Shown piece by piece: positions 1 to 9,156 of a DNA stretch of 64,000 nt. The DNA is from a virus. Lineage: Duplodnaviria > Heunggongvirae > Uroviricota > Caudoviricetes. The notes under the pieces were generated by a model that saw only the letters and a list, made by a program, of their open reading frames with translations, ran no database searches and was not told where the DNA came from. The translations under genes were made by a program, and so were the position numbers. Location: the IMG/VR virus record IMGVR_UViG_3300028394_000043. One strand, written 5' to 3'. The first letter of the stretch is position 1, and each line of letters starts with the position of its first letter.

Positions 1-2
1 GT

Positions 3-1007
3 ATTTATAACGGATTATTTATTACCGGAGATGTGGTTAATTTACCTAATAGTTTAATAGGTCTTAATATTCAGAATACGAATGTTAGTGGTGATACATC
101 AAATTTACCACCATTATTAACTAATTGTCTTATAACAGGTACTAATACTATTAGTGGTAATACATCAGGATTACCAAATAATATTATGACAAATTTGGTT
201 ATTCAAGGTAGCAATACAATCAGTGGTGATACATCAGGTTTACCTCAAACAACATATCAATGTCAAATCTATGGTGTTAACACTATTAGTGGTGACACAT
301 CAGGTTTACCTCAACCAAGTTTTCTGTTGGATATTCAAGGTAATAATACTATAAGTGGTGATGTTTCTAACATATACCATTCACAAGTAATATGGATATA
401 TGGTGCTAATACCGTTAGTGGTGATACATCAGGGTTTACTTCACCAACACAAAATATATCAATTCAAGGTAATAATACCATTAGTGGTAATGTGTCTAAT
501 TTACCCTCAACTTTAAATTCGTTGGATATTCGGGGTAATACTTCAATAACCGGGAATATCTCAGGATTCCCACCTAATTTAACTTTAATTCGTTTGACAA
601 ATAGTAATTTTATATCGGTATTTGGCGATATATCAACATTACCAAGTACATTACAACAATTGTATTTGAAGTCTCTTGGTACTTTAACAGGTGATTTATA
701 TTATTTACCATCACCTGTAACACGTATTGAAATAGTTTCACAAATGACTTTTACATACACTTCAGGTAGAAATTGGGTAAATAGCTTCCTTACATTATCA
801 TTGTCACCTACTAATGGTTGGTCAGGGTTTAATCAATCTCAAACTGATAATTTATTAATTGATACTCAACCTAAATATATTAATATACCGGGAGGGTCTT
901 TATTTTCAATAAAATGTAGTGGAACCCCTAAACGAACATCGGCAAGTGATACAGCATTTACCGCATTACAAACACTTATTGGAAGTTCAAATGTAATCTT
1001 AAATTAA
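3..1007 (+). CDS. repeat-containing fiber/adhesin-like protein, 5' partial
   Basis: Frame open from window start (track start 33 is GTG); ~23-aa tandem repeats (..IQG.NTISGDTSGLP..) resembling LRR/BspA-like repeats. Confidence 0.55.
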   Translation: MYNGLFITGDVVNLPNSLIGLNIQNTNVSGDTSNLPPLLTNCLITGTNTISGNTSGLPNNIMTNLVIQGSNTISGDTSGLPQTTYQCQIYGVNTISGDTSGLPQPSFLLDIQGNNTISGDVSNIYHSQVIWIYGANTVSGDTSGFTSPTQNISIQGNNTISGNVSNLPSTLNSLDIRGNTSITGNISGFPPNLTLIRLTNSNFISVFGDISTLPSTLQQLYLKSLGTLTGDLYYLPSPVTRIEIVSQMTFTYTSGRNWVNSFLTLSLSPTNGWSGFNQSQTDNLLIDTQPKYINIPGGSLFSIKCSGTPKRTSASDTAFTALQTLIGSSNVILN

Positions 1008-1008
1008 T

Positions 1009-2031
1009 ATGCCAACAACAATACAAATAACGACAGATAATTATAACGGGCAAACCGCGATAATAACATTCACACCTGATAATGGTGGTCCGGTGGTTAA
1101 TCTTGGTTCACAAGTGTTACCATACGATTATAATTCGGATTATTATTATGGGACATATAGTTTATATTTTCCGGCATTTGATACTACTTGTACATTAGTT
1201 ATTGCGGGTCAAACACCTACACCAACTAACACACCTACTCCTACGATTACACCTACAATTACACCAACACCTAGTCCAACATTACCTAAACAATATTATG
1301 TGTATAAAATTTGTGATAGGGATTATTATGTAATTCAAACATTACCGGTACCACCAATTAATGGTGTTAGTTTAAATCCAAATAATGCTTTTAAATTTGG
1401 TAATGATATTGATGGTTACTTTTGTTATGAATATCTATATACAACAACTAATCCAAATCCATTTCCTCCGGGAACAGATTTGACTAACTTTACAGGTAAT
1501 TATTTTACACCTGTGTTAAATACTATATTTACTAATTGTACGTCTTGTAATTCACTCCCACGATGTACTACGGTTATATTTACTGTTGGTGGTGTTAATC
1601 CACTTTGTAATAGTGGGTTACCATCTTATGGTCACGCAGCTGTTGAATGGACAGATTGTGATGGTTTTCCTCAGACTCATACCTTTGGTGGTTCAATGAC
1701 GGGAACTCAGTATCAAGTATGTGCTTTAACTAATGGTAATGTTATAACTGCAGGTCAACCTTATCCAGACTTTATTTGTGGTTATGGTACCGTAACAGAT
1801 ACTGGACAGAGTTGTACACCATTACTACCATTAAAGTCATTTTATTATGAAGGATTTGGACCTCCTTGTCCTGACCCTATATACCATCCTGAAATAAATA
1901 ATTGGGTTAAATATCTTGATGAAAATGGGATTGAAAATACATTTATTGTTGGTTGTTCTCAAAATGGTTGTCAAGAAATTATGGCATCTAGTATTGTGGA
2001 TACAAATAGGGTACAGTCTTGTACTCCCTAA
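1009..2031 (+). CDS. structural (fiber/receptor-binding) protein with PT-rich linker
   Basis: N-terminal beta-rich domain similar to N-termini of 13166-13381 and 5421-6713 products; TPTPTNTPTPTITPT linker; Cys-rich C-terminal domain. Confidence 0.55.
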   Translation: MPTTIQITTDNYNGQTAIITFTPDNGGPVVNLGSQVLPYDYNSDYYYGTYSLYFPAFDTTCTLVIAGQTPTPTNTPTPTITPTITPTPSPTLPKQYYVYKICDRDYYVIQTLPVPPINGVSLNPNNAFKFGNDIDGYFCYEYLYTTTNPNPFPPGTDLTNFTGNYFTPVLNTIFTNCTSCNSLPRCTTVIFTVGGVNPLCNSGLPSYGHAAVEWTDCDGFPQTHTFGGSMTGTQYQVCALTNGNVITAGQPYPDFICGYGTVTDTGQSCTPLLPLKSFYYEGFGPPCPDPIYHPEINNWVKYLDENGIENTFIVGCSQNGCQEIMASSIVDTNRVQSCTP

Positions 2032-2042
2032 TTATGTAATAT

Positions 2043-2073
2043 AAAAAACCCACCAAAAGGTGGGTTATTTTTT
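2043..2073. terminator. bidirectional rho-independent terminator between convergent genes
   Basis: AAAAAA-CCCACC-AAAA-GGTGGG-TTATTTTTT hairpin flanked by A and T runs. Confidence 0.7.
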
Positions 2074-2671
2074 ACCATATATTTTCTTGTTTCATATGAC
2101 CAATTACGCAACAATAAGCATCCGTTTGGTCAAAGTTTTCTTTTTTAAGGGTGTTGTTCCTTGTGTATTGCCAAGTGATTTGAGGTTCTTTTTTTGCCAC
2201 AAGTTCCCATATAACCATTTTCTTATCAACGTCCTTAGGAAGTCCTCCAAATAGGACGTATTTACCTTTATCATTTAATTGGATTAATTCAGGAAAGGCA
2301 AACTTACGAGAATTATATGTTGAAATGAAGTCAGGGACAATTCCAAAGATGTCGTATATCTCCTTAGTCACTAAAGTATTGAAACGTAATAGTGTTTGTA
2401 TTGTATAAACATTATTAGAGTTTAATAGAGGTTCTTCAATAATCACTTTAGTTATACCTAAATCTTTATATTCAAGTAATTTGGTTCTAAATATTTCACC
2501 TTTAAGTAATAACTCTTTTATTTTATTTTCTTCCTTTGGTTTTGGAATCGGAGAAACGTGAGTTAATTCTAATAATTCTTTAGTTTGAATATCAAATAAT
2601 GCGACACCAATAGTTTTTGTTGAAACATCAAGCCCTAAAACTTTAGGGCTTTCTTTAAGTATTTTCTTCAT
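2072..2671 (-). CDS. RuvC-like Holliday junction resolvase
   Basis: N-term LGLDVSTKTIGVALFD (RuvC motif I-like), KVIIEEP (catalytic Glu), C-term TDAYCCVIGH (RuvC ADAxAIAxxH-like). Confidence 0.55.
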   Translation of the reverse strand: MKKILKESPKVLGLDVSTKTIGVALFDIQTKELLELTHVSPIPKPKEENKIKELLLKGEIFRTKLLEYKDLGITKVIIEEPLLNSNNVYTIQTLLRFNTLVTKEIYDIFGIVPDFISTYNSRKFAFPELIQLNDKGKYVLFGGLPKDVDKKMVIWELVAKKEPQITWQYTRNNTLKKENFDQTDAYCCVIGHMKQENIW

Positions 2672-2676
2672 ATTTT

Positions 2677-5385
2677 TTAGAAATCAAATTTTACTAAAAA
2701 CTGTTGAATTCCCTGTCTTTGTACAGGAGATTGTAGCTTTGATACAATCATAAGATTCATATCAGAATCGTAAAGACCAATTTCAGAAATATATGAAGGT
2801 GTGTTAACATTCCAACTAGGATTTGAGGGAGCTAAAAATTCTGCTTGACCAAGATTTATCTTATATCTCATCTCATAAATGGTTGCTTGAATATCAGTTT
2901 CTAATGAACCATAAAAATAATATTCATCACCAAAATTTAATGTGGTGCCTGTTTGACCGGTAATTGGTAAAGACAATCCGTAGTTATCAATTGAAGGGTT
3001 ATTCACATCATTACCTAAATTATAATAAGGTGCGTTTTCATAATCAATTTCACTGATTACAAATGTATTACCTGTAATACCACTTTGTGTGATATAACCG
3101 TTAATACTATCTCCACTAATTTGAGATGTTACATCAATAATTTTCCATTCAGAAGAATTTGGTCTAGTGTCTCCGGTGACTCTTTGACAAATAATTTCAA
3201 ATCTTTCACCAAAGAATCCTGAGGTTAAATCACAAGTCACGGGTGATGGTGATAACTCAGGTATTTGATTTAAACAACCAAATTCACTACCAAATCTAAT
3301 TGTTACGTTTTGAGTAGATGTTGGGTTACAAGATAAATCAGGTCCTTGTATTACGGTGTAATAGTTACAATGTAATGAATTTGTGTAAGAATTATCGTTA
3401 GTTAATCTATATGTTACATAAAAATATTCTGTGGAGTCTGTTAATAAACCTAATGTTGTTTCACCATTGGAACCACAAGTATTAGGTGTAGTTAATCCAA
3501 TAGTTGGTGCAGGTAAAGTCCAGTTTCTATTTGATTTGTAAGACATTGCCGCAATGATTTCTTCATCATCAATAATGATAATTTGGTCATCAGGGAATAC
3601 TCTACCAATTCTATTAGGTTTACCAAAATTTGGTCCCGGATTTGGGTTTGGATGTGTATCCCATAATTGATAATATCTTAACCCAGGATTATTCATATCT
3701 GAGTTTTTCTTTGATGTTATGTAATGGGGTTTAAATAATCCTAATTTCTCGTCAAAATCAGGTGGGTCAACATAAAATGTTTCACCAAAACAACATTCAG
3801 GGTTTTTATGCCACATTAATGTTGGTATGTGTAATTTAAAGTTTCTTGCTTCTCCCGTTGTATTATTAGGGTTTGATATATCGTAAGGTTCTAATGCAAA
3901 TTTTTCACCATAAAAGAAATCTATACTTTGATTAGTGTAGTGAATTATTGCGATAGCTTTTTGTTGTTTAGGTTCTACATAAACCGTGTTACCAAATGAA
4001 TTAAAATAATAAGTTGGTAGTTCAACATTATCATTTACGTCAATAAATGTTTGACCACTATTTGACATATAACCAAAATATTCTTTAGCTCCAATATATG
4101 ATGCGGAGCCAAAATATGGGTAAGGTAAATTAACGTTATCGTATAGACCGGCAGGATTTTCTGACCAAGGAATATTCATATTCCAAACTTTAACGTCAAA
4201 TTGGTCTCTATCACATACAGATTCAAAATTAATTACATCTTCCTTCCAATGAGGTGTAGGTGTAACACTATCATATAATGATGTCATATTTGGTGGGTAT
4301 ACAATAGTTCTAGCATAACAACAATCACTGAACATTGAAAAATCAGGTGTTGGTCTATCAAGAGTTATTTGTGTACCACAAATACCAACAATTTTATAAG
4401 TTAATATTGTGTAACAACTACTTACTGACATCTCGCACTCAGCAGGTGCCGGTGGAGGGCAGTAATAAGGTGTTGGTGTCGTACAGAATGTTGAGGTTGG
4501 TGTTGGTGTTACGTGTGGGGTACAAGCAAACCCTGAACTTGGTGTTGGTGTTGGGGTAACTTGACTTGACAAACAAGTTGTACAAGCAGTTTCATTACTA
4601 CCATAATCACCACCGTTCCAAATTAAATTTGCGGGACCACCAATTGGGTAATTAACTAAATAACATTGATTATATATGTCTGTAACAACTTCCCAACTAC
4701 CGTATGTGTTAGGTAATGAGATTATACCGTCAGGACTAACACCGTTACAATTTGTAACATAATATGTTTGATAATTTACAGGTGCGGGGCTTGATGTTGG
4801 TGTTGGTTCCGGTGTTGGAATGTAACTACAGTCACAATTAGTTTTCCCACTACCATCAAAGAAAATTGTGATTAGGTCACCAACCATTGGTAATCTAACA
4901 ATGTCAGTATTACAACCGGAAAATGTTACATCAATAATAGTACTACCGGTTAATGTTGACATATCAACAACATAATTAGAATTGATTGTATATTGACTAT
5001 TAGTTAACGCACTCCAATTGATAGTATCTAATGTTGTGTCACCTGTAAAAAAACCTCTCATAGCGGCTCTATTATAGATAGGTTGAACAACTGATGCTAA
5101 AAATGGTATTCCATAAGTATTACCGGTAATTCCATCAACATAATATGGGTATTTCACATATTGTTTGTTACGTTGACCCGGAGCGTCATTTTGAGAATTA
5201 AAATTTGGTACTAATATGTTAGTATTAAATTGATTATATGATGTTCCTGTTAAAGTATATGAAACCTCACTATCTCCAACTTGAAAATACGATATATTGA
5301 AACCTCCTTGAGATAGTTTTTGTCTACCTATGTCGGTCAATCTCGTGTTAATTAATCCTGATGTATTTTTTAATATAAAACTCAT
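2677..5385 (-). CDS. large tail fiber / host-recognition protein with PT-rich linkers
   Basis: 902 aa, multiple (TP)n linkers, Cys-rich modules, beta-rich; in operon with other fiber-like genes. Confidence 0.55.
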   Translation of the reverse strand: MSFILKNTSGLINTRLTDIGRQKLSQGGFNISYFQVGDSEVSYTLTGTSYNQFNTNILVPNFNSQNDAPGQRNKQYVKYPYYVDGITGNTYGIPFLASVVQPIYNRAAMRGFFTGDTTLDTINWSALTNSQYTINSNYVVDMSTLTGSTIIDVTFSGCNTDIVRLPMVGDLITIFFDGSGKTNCDCSYIPTPEPTPTSSPAPVNYQTYYVTNCNGVSPDGIISLPNTYGSWEVVTDIYNQCYLVNYPIGGPANLIWNGGDYGSNETACTTCLSSQVTPTPTPSSGFACTPHVTPTPTSTFCTTPTPYYCPPPAPAECEMSVSSCYTILTYKIVGICGTQITLDRPTPDFSMFSDCCYARTIVYPPNMTSLYDSVTPTPHWKEDVINFESVCDRDQFDVKVWNMNIPWSENPAGLYDNVNLPYPYFGSASYIGAKEYFGYMSNSGQTFIDVNDNVELPTYYFNSFGNTVYVEPKQQKAIAIIHYTNQSIDFFYGEKFALEPYDISNPNNTTGEARNFKLHIPTLMWHKNPECCFGETFYVDPPDFDEKLGLFKPHYITSKKNSDMNNPGLRYYQLWDTHPNPNPGPNFGKPNRIGRVFPDDQIIIIDDEEIIAAMSYKSNRNWTLPAPTIGLTTPNTCGSNGETTLGLLTDSTEYFYVTYRLTNDNSYTNSLHCNYYTVIQGPDLSCNPTSTQNVTIRFGSEFGCLNQIPELSPSPVTCDLTSGFFGERFEIICQRVTGDTRPNSSEWKIIDVTSQISGDSINGYITQSGITGNTFVISEIDYENAPYYNLGNDVNNPSIDNYGLSLPITGQTGTTLNFGDEYYFYGSLETDIQATIYEMRYKINLGQAEFLAPSNPSWNVNTPSYISEIGLYDSDMNLMIVSKLQSPVQRQGIQQFLVKFDF

Positions 5386-5399
5386 AATGATAAATATTG
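5386..5399 (-). promoter_or_regulatory. late-type motif cAATATTTATcatt directly abutting ATG
   Basis: Member of the recurring TATATTTAT(A)G family found immediately upstream of structural/minus-strand genes. Confidence 0.3.
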
Positions 5400-5420
5400 T
5401 TTTTTTCTTTTTGTGTTGTT

Positions 5421-6713
5421 TTAAGTTATAATAATATTACAACAATCACAACCACTTATATTTGCGTTTAATAATGAATAGGTGTCCGCGCTCTCACCAA
5501 CAGTACAAAGTTCATATTCTGATTTAGTGACACTTGTTGATGTTGTAATGATTATTGTGTCGGTATTTGTAATTGTTTGAGAAATCCAACTTTCAGTTCT
5601 ACCTGTTTGATAAACTAATAAATCTTGACAACTAGGTTTAAAATTAACTGTTGTTCCTGTTGTTGTTGAATAACTATCACGAACTATAAGAGTGTTGTTT
5701 TTATCAAATGATGTATTTGTACTTATTGTTGATGTATTATTGTTTGGTGATGAATTAAAATTATTGTTATGTATTAAATCAAATGATAATGTAACTCCAT
5801 CAGGTAATGGTGGTGTTATATTAATTGTTGTTTTATATTCTTTAGTTAATGTGTATGTCGTGTTTGTTATTGTTGTGTTTGTAGTACTTAATGAGATTGA
5901 ATACGTTGTTGGTGGTGTTGGTTCATTTAATGTTGCAACGTTACCAATAATATAGTTATACGAATCTTTAATTTTTATATTATAGATTCCGGTACACAAA
6001 TTATTAAAAAATGGTGAATTACTGTATGTTAAACCATTATCAATAGAATATGTGTATGGAGGTACAGTATTACTTAAGTTTTTTGTGTTAATTACAATAT
6101 TACCATCACATCCACATTTAGGTTGGTTAACACTATTTGACGAATTAATTTGTTTTAAATATGTTGATGGTGAACACACACCTTCGGTTACTGTTACTGT
6201 TCCCTGTAACCCACTAATTGTCCAATTTGTTAAAGGTGGATAAGAGGATGTTGATGTTATTATTGGACAAATACTACCAAGACAAGGCCAAGTTTGTAAC
6301 TCCCATTTATTTAGGGAAGTACTCCAAACAATTTGATATACTGTGTCATCAGAAATCCATTTATTTTTTCCGTTATTATCAACACCGTTCGGATTAAAGT
6401 GGATTGTATTGTTACTTGTGTCTAGAATTAATATGTTCATACAGAAGTCGTAAAGTTTTTCTGTTGGTGTGGCGTTAAAATATTGTGGTTGATTGCAATA
6501 CGTATTATATAAAATAATAGACGTGGTTGAATCTGGAACCATAACATTAATACCGGTTGTTCCGGTAAGTTGTTGTAAAGTCAAACCACTTGCGGGTAAG
6601 GATGTCCCATATATTGTTGCAATACTACCGGATGATACCGTACTCCAATATATGGTATATGGACCTGGTGACGTGAATCCTGCTGTTATATGTACGTTAT
6701 AATATCTACTCAT
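5421..6713 (-). CDS. fiber protein with SprB-repeat-like domain
   Basis: NTVPPYTYSIDNGLTYSNSPFFNNLCTGIYNIKIKDSYNY matches the SprB repeat pattern (PPYTYS...F..L..G.Y.v.v.D) of Flavobacterium gliding adhesin SprB. Confidence 0.55.
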   Translation of the reverse strand: MSRYYNVHITAGFTSPGPYTIYWSTVSSGSIATIYGTSLPASGLTLQQLTGTTGINVMVPDSTTSIILYNTYCNQPQYFNATPTEKLYDFCMNILILDTSNNTIHFNPNGVDNNGKNKWISDDTVYQIVWSTSLNKWELQTWPCLGSICPIITSTSSYPPLTNWTISGLQGTVTVTEGVCSPSTYLKQINSSNSVNQPKCGCDGNIVINTKNLSNTVPPYTYSIDNGLTYSNSPFFNNLCTGIYNIKIKDSYNYIIGNVATLNEPTPPTTYSISLSTTNTTITNTTYTLTKEYKTTINITPPLPDGVTLSFDLIHNNNFNSSPNNNTSTISTNTSFDKNNTLIVRDSYSTTTGTTVNFKPSCQDLLVYQTGRTESWISQTITNTDTIIITTSTSVTKSEYELCTVGESADTYSLLNANISGCDCCNIIIT

Positions 6714-6735
6714 TTTTTATTTTTATTTTAGGTTA

Positions 6736-8862
6736 TTAACAACTACAAGGTGTATTACCAATTATACAAAAACATTGTAATCCTGTTGGTCCGTAAGTCC
6801 ATAGATGACCTTGATTTTGATAGTATCTACCGGATTGAATTTGATTTGATAACAATGAATCAGTGTAAACTAAATCACCATTATTCCAACTATTAACAGA
6901 ACTATTAGTGTACACTGTTAATGGAGTTGAGCCTTGTAATGAACAAATGTCAAATTGTTCACACTTAGTGTTAAAACTCCAAGTAACATTCCAACTTTTA
7001 TATGTTAAACCACATTGATTATCGCAATTAGAAGAAATGTAATCACCTGTTCCTGTTTCTACAAGAGTACATACACCAACAACACAACTATAGTTTTTAA
7101 GAAGTGGTGGAGGTGTACAACAATTACCTAACGTGATATATGAATCTGCATTAGATGGTAATGTTTGAGGAGAACCATTAACCATAATGAATAATGATGG
7201 TACAATAGCACCTGTTGTAATATCAATACAAGGGTTATAATCAGATTGACCTGAAGTGGTAAATGGATATCCACCAATAATTTTAGCGGAAGATTGTATT
7301 GAGTTAGTACACTCAGTAAAACTAAGATATACTGTTGAATCTTCTGACGCGTCTAAATCCGCTTGTCCAATATAAATAGTCCCCTCTTTACAGTTACACG
7401 GTTGTGGTGGTTTTGTTTGAGTAGGGGTAGGTGTTGGTGTTGGTGGTATAAATTCTACAACAGTACCACTAAACGCACAATCTTTTTCTGCGGTTATAGT
7501 ACAAACTGTTGTTGCGGTAAAATCTCCGTAAAAATCAACAACAGTAACGGTATAATCACCAATATGTACGTATTCAATTGCTGCTGAGTTATTATTAGTT
7601 TCACCAATACCGGGACCTGACCAATAATATTTATAAGGAGGTGTTCCTCCGGTAATACTTACCGATACCATACCATCGTTTGCTGTGATAGAAGATGGGT
7701 TTATACTCTTACATTCAAGTTCCAATGGAAAAATTGTAATTACACCACATTCATTTTCGTATCCCATAATTTGTTTTGATGGGGCAGGAGGACAAGGATG
7801 CTCATTATAACAATCTGAACAACTATTAAAACTTACTAGCTCAACATTATTGTAATCGTATAGTATTACGTTTTGAGGTTTTGTTGGTATTAATTTAACA
7901 CAAAATGTATTATTATTTACTGTAATTGAGACTGACGAATTTTGTGGTATAGGTAACCCGTTATAATTATTAACACCAATATATTTTGATGGTGTACAAC
8001 ATTTTTGAAAATATATTGTATTACTTTGAGGTGTTTGGGTTGGGGTTACACTAGGTGTTATAGTTGGAGTTAGAGTTGGTGTTGGTGTTGGTGTTTTAGT
8101 TGGTGTGGGTGTTGGTGGGTCTTGTGGACACAAATATTGGTTTTGTAATTGGCAATCTTGACATCCGTTAAGTGATAGAAATTCAGTACCATCCCAATCT
8201 AATGTTGGTATTGCTTCTGCGACATCAATAATTATATAACAATTATTGTCTGTTGAAGAACCAACCACTTGACCAACAGTAAGTGTGTTGGGTAAAGACA
8301 TATAACCATCGGGTTTTATCTCACAACAATCTGCAACTAAAAAAGTTGCGTATGATATTGCACAACAACCTTCTAATTGGGGGTTAAATGCGTTTAAACT
8401 ACCACTAATAATTGTTCTAGTTATTGTGGTTCCGTGTTTAACACAAGGTTCGGGAATATTGTTGATACTTTCACTAAATAAATATAATGTTTGACCACCG
8501 GGAGGACCGGTTTGAGGTCCAACACTAACTGTAACGGTTTGTGGATTGTTATTACAATCTGTATAATTAATATTGGCAACGCCGGGTCCTGCTTTATAAT
8601 AAAATCCTATAAATGTGTCACAAGTACAAACACATCCACCACAAAAACTTGATACGGATGGGCTAATTATTAAACCTTCCGCCGAACCGTCAATAGGAGT
8701 TTCTAACGAACAGTAATATACAATTGTAGGGCCTGTAGTTTCAGGTTGTGCAGGTGGTACTTCAATTTCTCCCGACCATATCCCTGTATTACAGTCTTTA
8801 TAGTTAAAATAACCGTATGAAGTTGGTGAATCGTTTTGTATTAAGTAGCAGTTACAAGCCAT
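6736..8862 (-). CDS. Cys-rich fiber/adhesin protein with SprB-like repeat and PT linkers
   Basis: ITGGTPPYKYYWSGPGIGETNN...YTVTVVDFYGD SprB-like repeat; PTPTKTPTPTPTLTPTITP linker; many Cys. Confidence 0.55.
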   Translation of the reverse strand: MACNCYLIQNDSPTSYGYFNYKDCNTGIWSGEIEVPPAQPETTGPTIVYYCSLETPIDGSAEGLIISPSVSSFCGGCVCTCDTFIGFYYKAGPGVANINYTDCNNNPQTVTVSVGPQTGPPGGQTLYLFSESINNIPEPCVKHGTTITRTIISGSLNAFNPQLEGCCAISYATFLVADCCEIKPDGYMSLPNTLTVGQVVGSSTDNNCYIIIDVAEAIPTLDWDGTEFLSLNGCQDCQLQNQYLCPQDPPTPTPTKTPTPTPTLTPTITPSVTPTQTPQSNTIYFQKCCTPSKYIGVNNYNGLPIPQNSSVSITVNNNTFCVKLIPTKPQNVILYDYNNVELVSFNSCSDCYNEHPCPPAPSKQIMGYENECGVITIFPLELECKSINPSSITANDGMVSVSITGGTPPYKYYWSGPGIGETNNNSAAIEYVHIGDYTVTVVDFYGDFTATTVCTITAEKDCAFSGTVVEFIPPTPTPTPTQTKPPQPCNCKEGTIYIGQADLDASEDSTVYLSFTECTNSIQSSAKIIGGYPFTTSGQSDYNPCIDITTGAIVPSLFIMVNGSPQTLPSNADSYITLGNCCTPPPLLKNYSCVVGVCTLVETGTGDYISSNCDNQCGLTYKSWNVTWSFNTKCEQFDICSLQGSTPLTVYTNSSVNSWNNGDLVYTDSLLSNQIQSGRYYQNQGHLWTYGPTGLQCFCIIGNTPCSC

Positions 8863-8870
8863 TAGTTTTT

Positions 8871-8889
8871 CTTTTTACTATAAATAATC
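8871..8889 (-). promoter_or_regulatory. late-type motif GATTATTTATAGTAAAAAG (copy 1) upstream of 6736-8862 gene
   Basis: Near-identical to motif upstream of genes at 54701 and 57713 (TATATTTATAGTAAAAAG / TATATTTATAGTT). Confidence 0.4.
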
Positions 8890-8908
8890 AAAAATTTGAT
8901 TTTTTTTT

Positions 8909-8927
8909 ATTTTACTATAAATATAAT
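8909..8927 (-). promoter_or_regulatory. late-type motif ATTATATTTATAGTAAAAT (copy 2)
   Basis: Second tandem copy of the same motif in the same intergenic region. Confidence 0.35.
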
Positions 8928-8960
8928 TCATAAACTACGTTAATAAATGGTGAGTTAGGT

Positions 8961-8971
8961 GATATTTATAG
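8961..8971 (+). promoter_or_regulatory. late-type motif GATATTTATAG directly before ATG 8974
   Basis: Same motif family on plus strand. Confidence 0.3.
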
Positions 8972-8973
8972 AT

Positions 8974-9156
8974 ATGAAACTTATAGATACAATATCAAAT
9001 GTCGTGACTGAAGCCAAAGAGGCTTATGAACTTGCTTGTGACAAAGGTGTTCCGGAAAGGGAACTTGATAGATTGGAAAAAAATTATTACGAGTCCTTAA
9101 AACTTCTAAGGATATATGAAAATTTGAGTAAAACACCTAAGAAATTAACTAATTAA
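8974..9156 (+). CDS. small helical hypothetical protein
   Basis: ATG at 8974 in frame with track ORF 8959-9156 (track start is GTG); plus-strand island among minus-strand fiber genes. Confidence 0.35.
   Translation: MKLIDTISNVVTEAKEAYELACDKGVPERELDRLEKNYYESLKLLRIYENLSKTPKKLTN

Noticed and set aside
2060-2254. 64-aa plus-strand ORF
   Set aside because: Begins inside the bidirectional terminator and runs antisense through the RuvC-like gene. Hydrophobic low-complexity translation, so treated as spurious.
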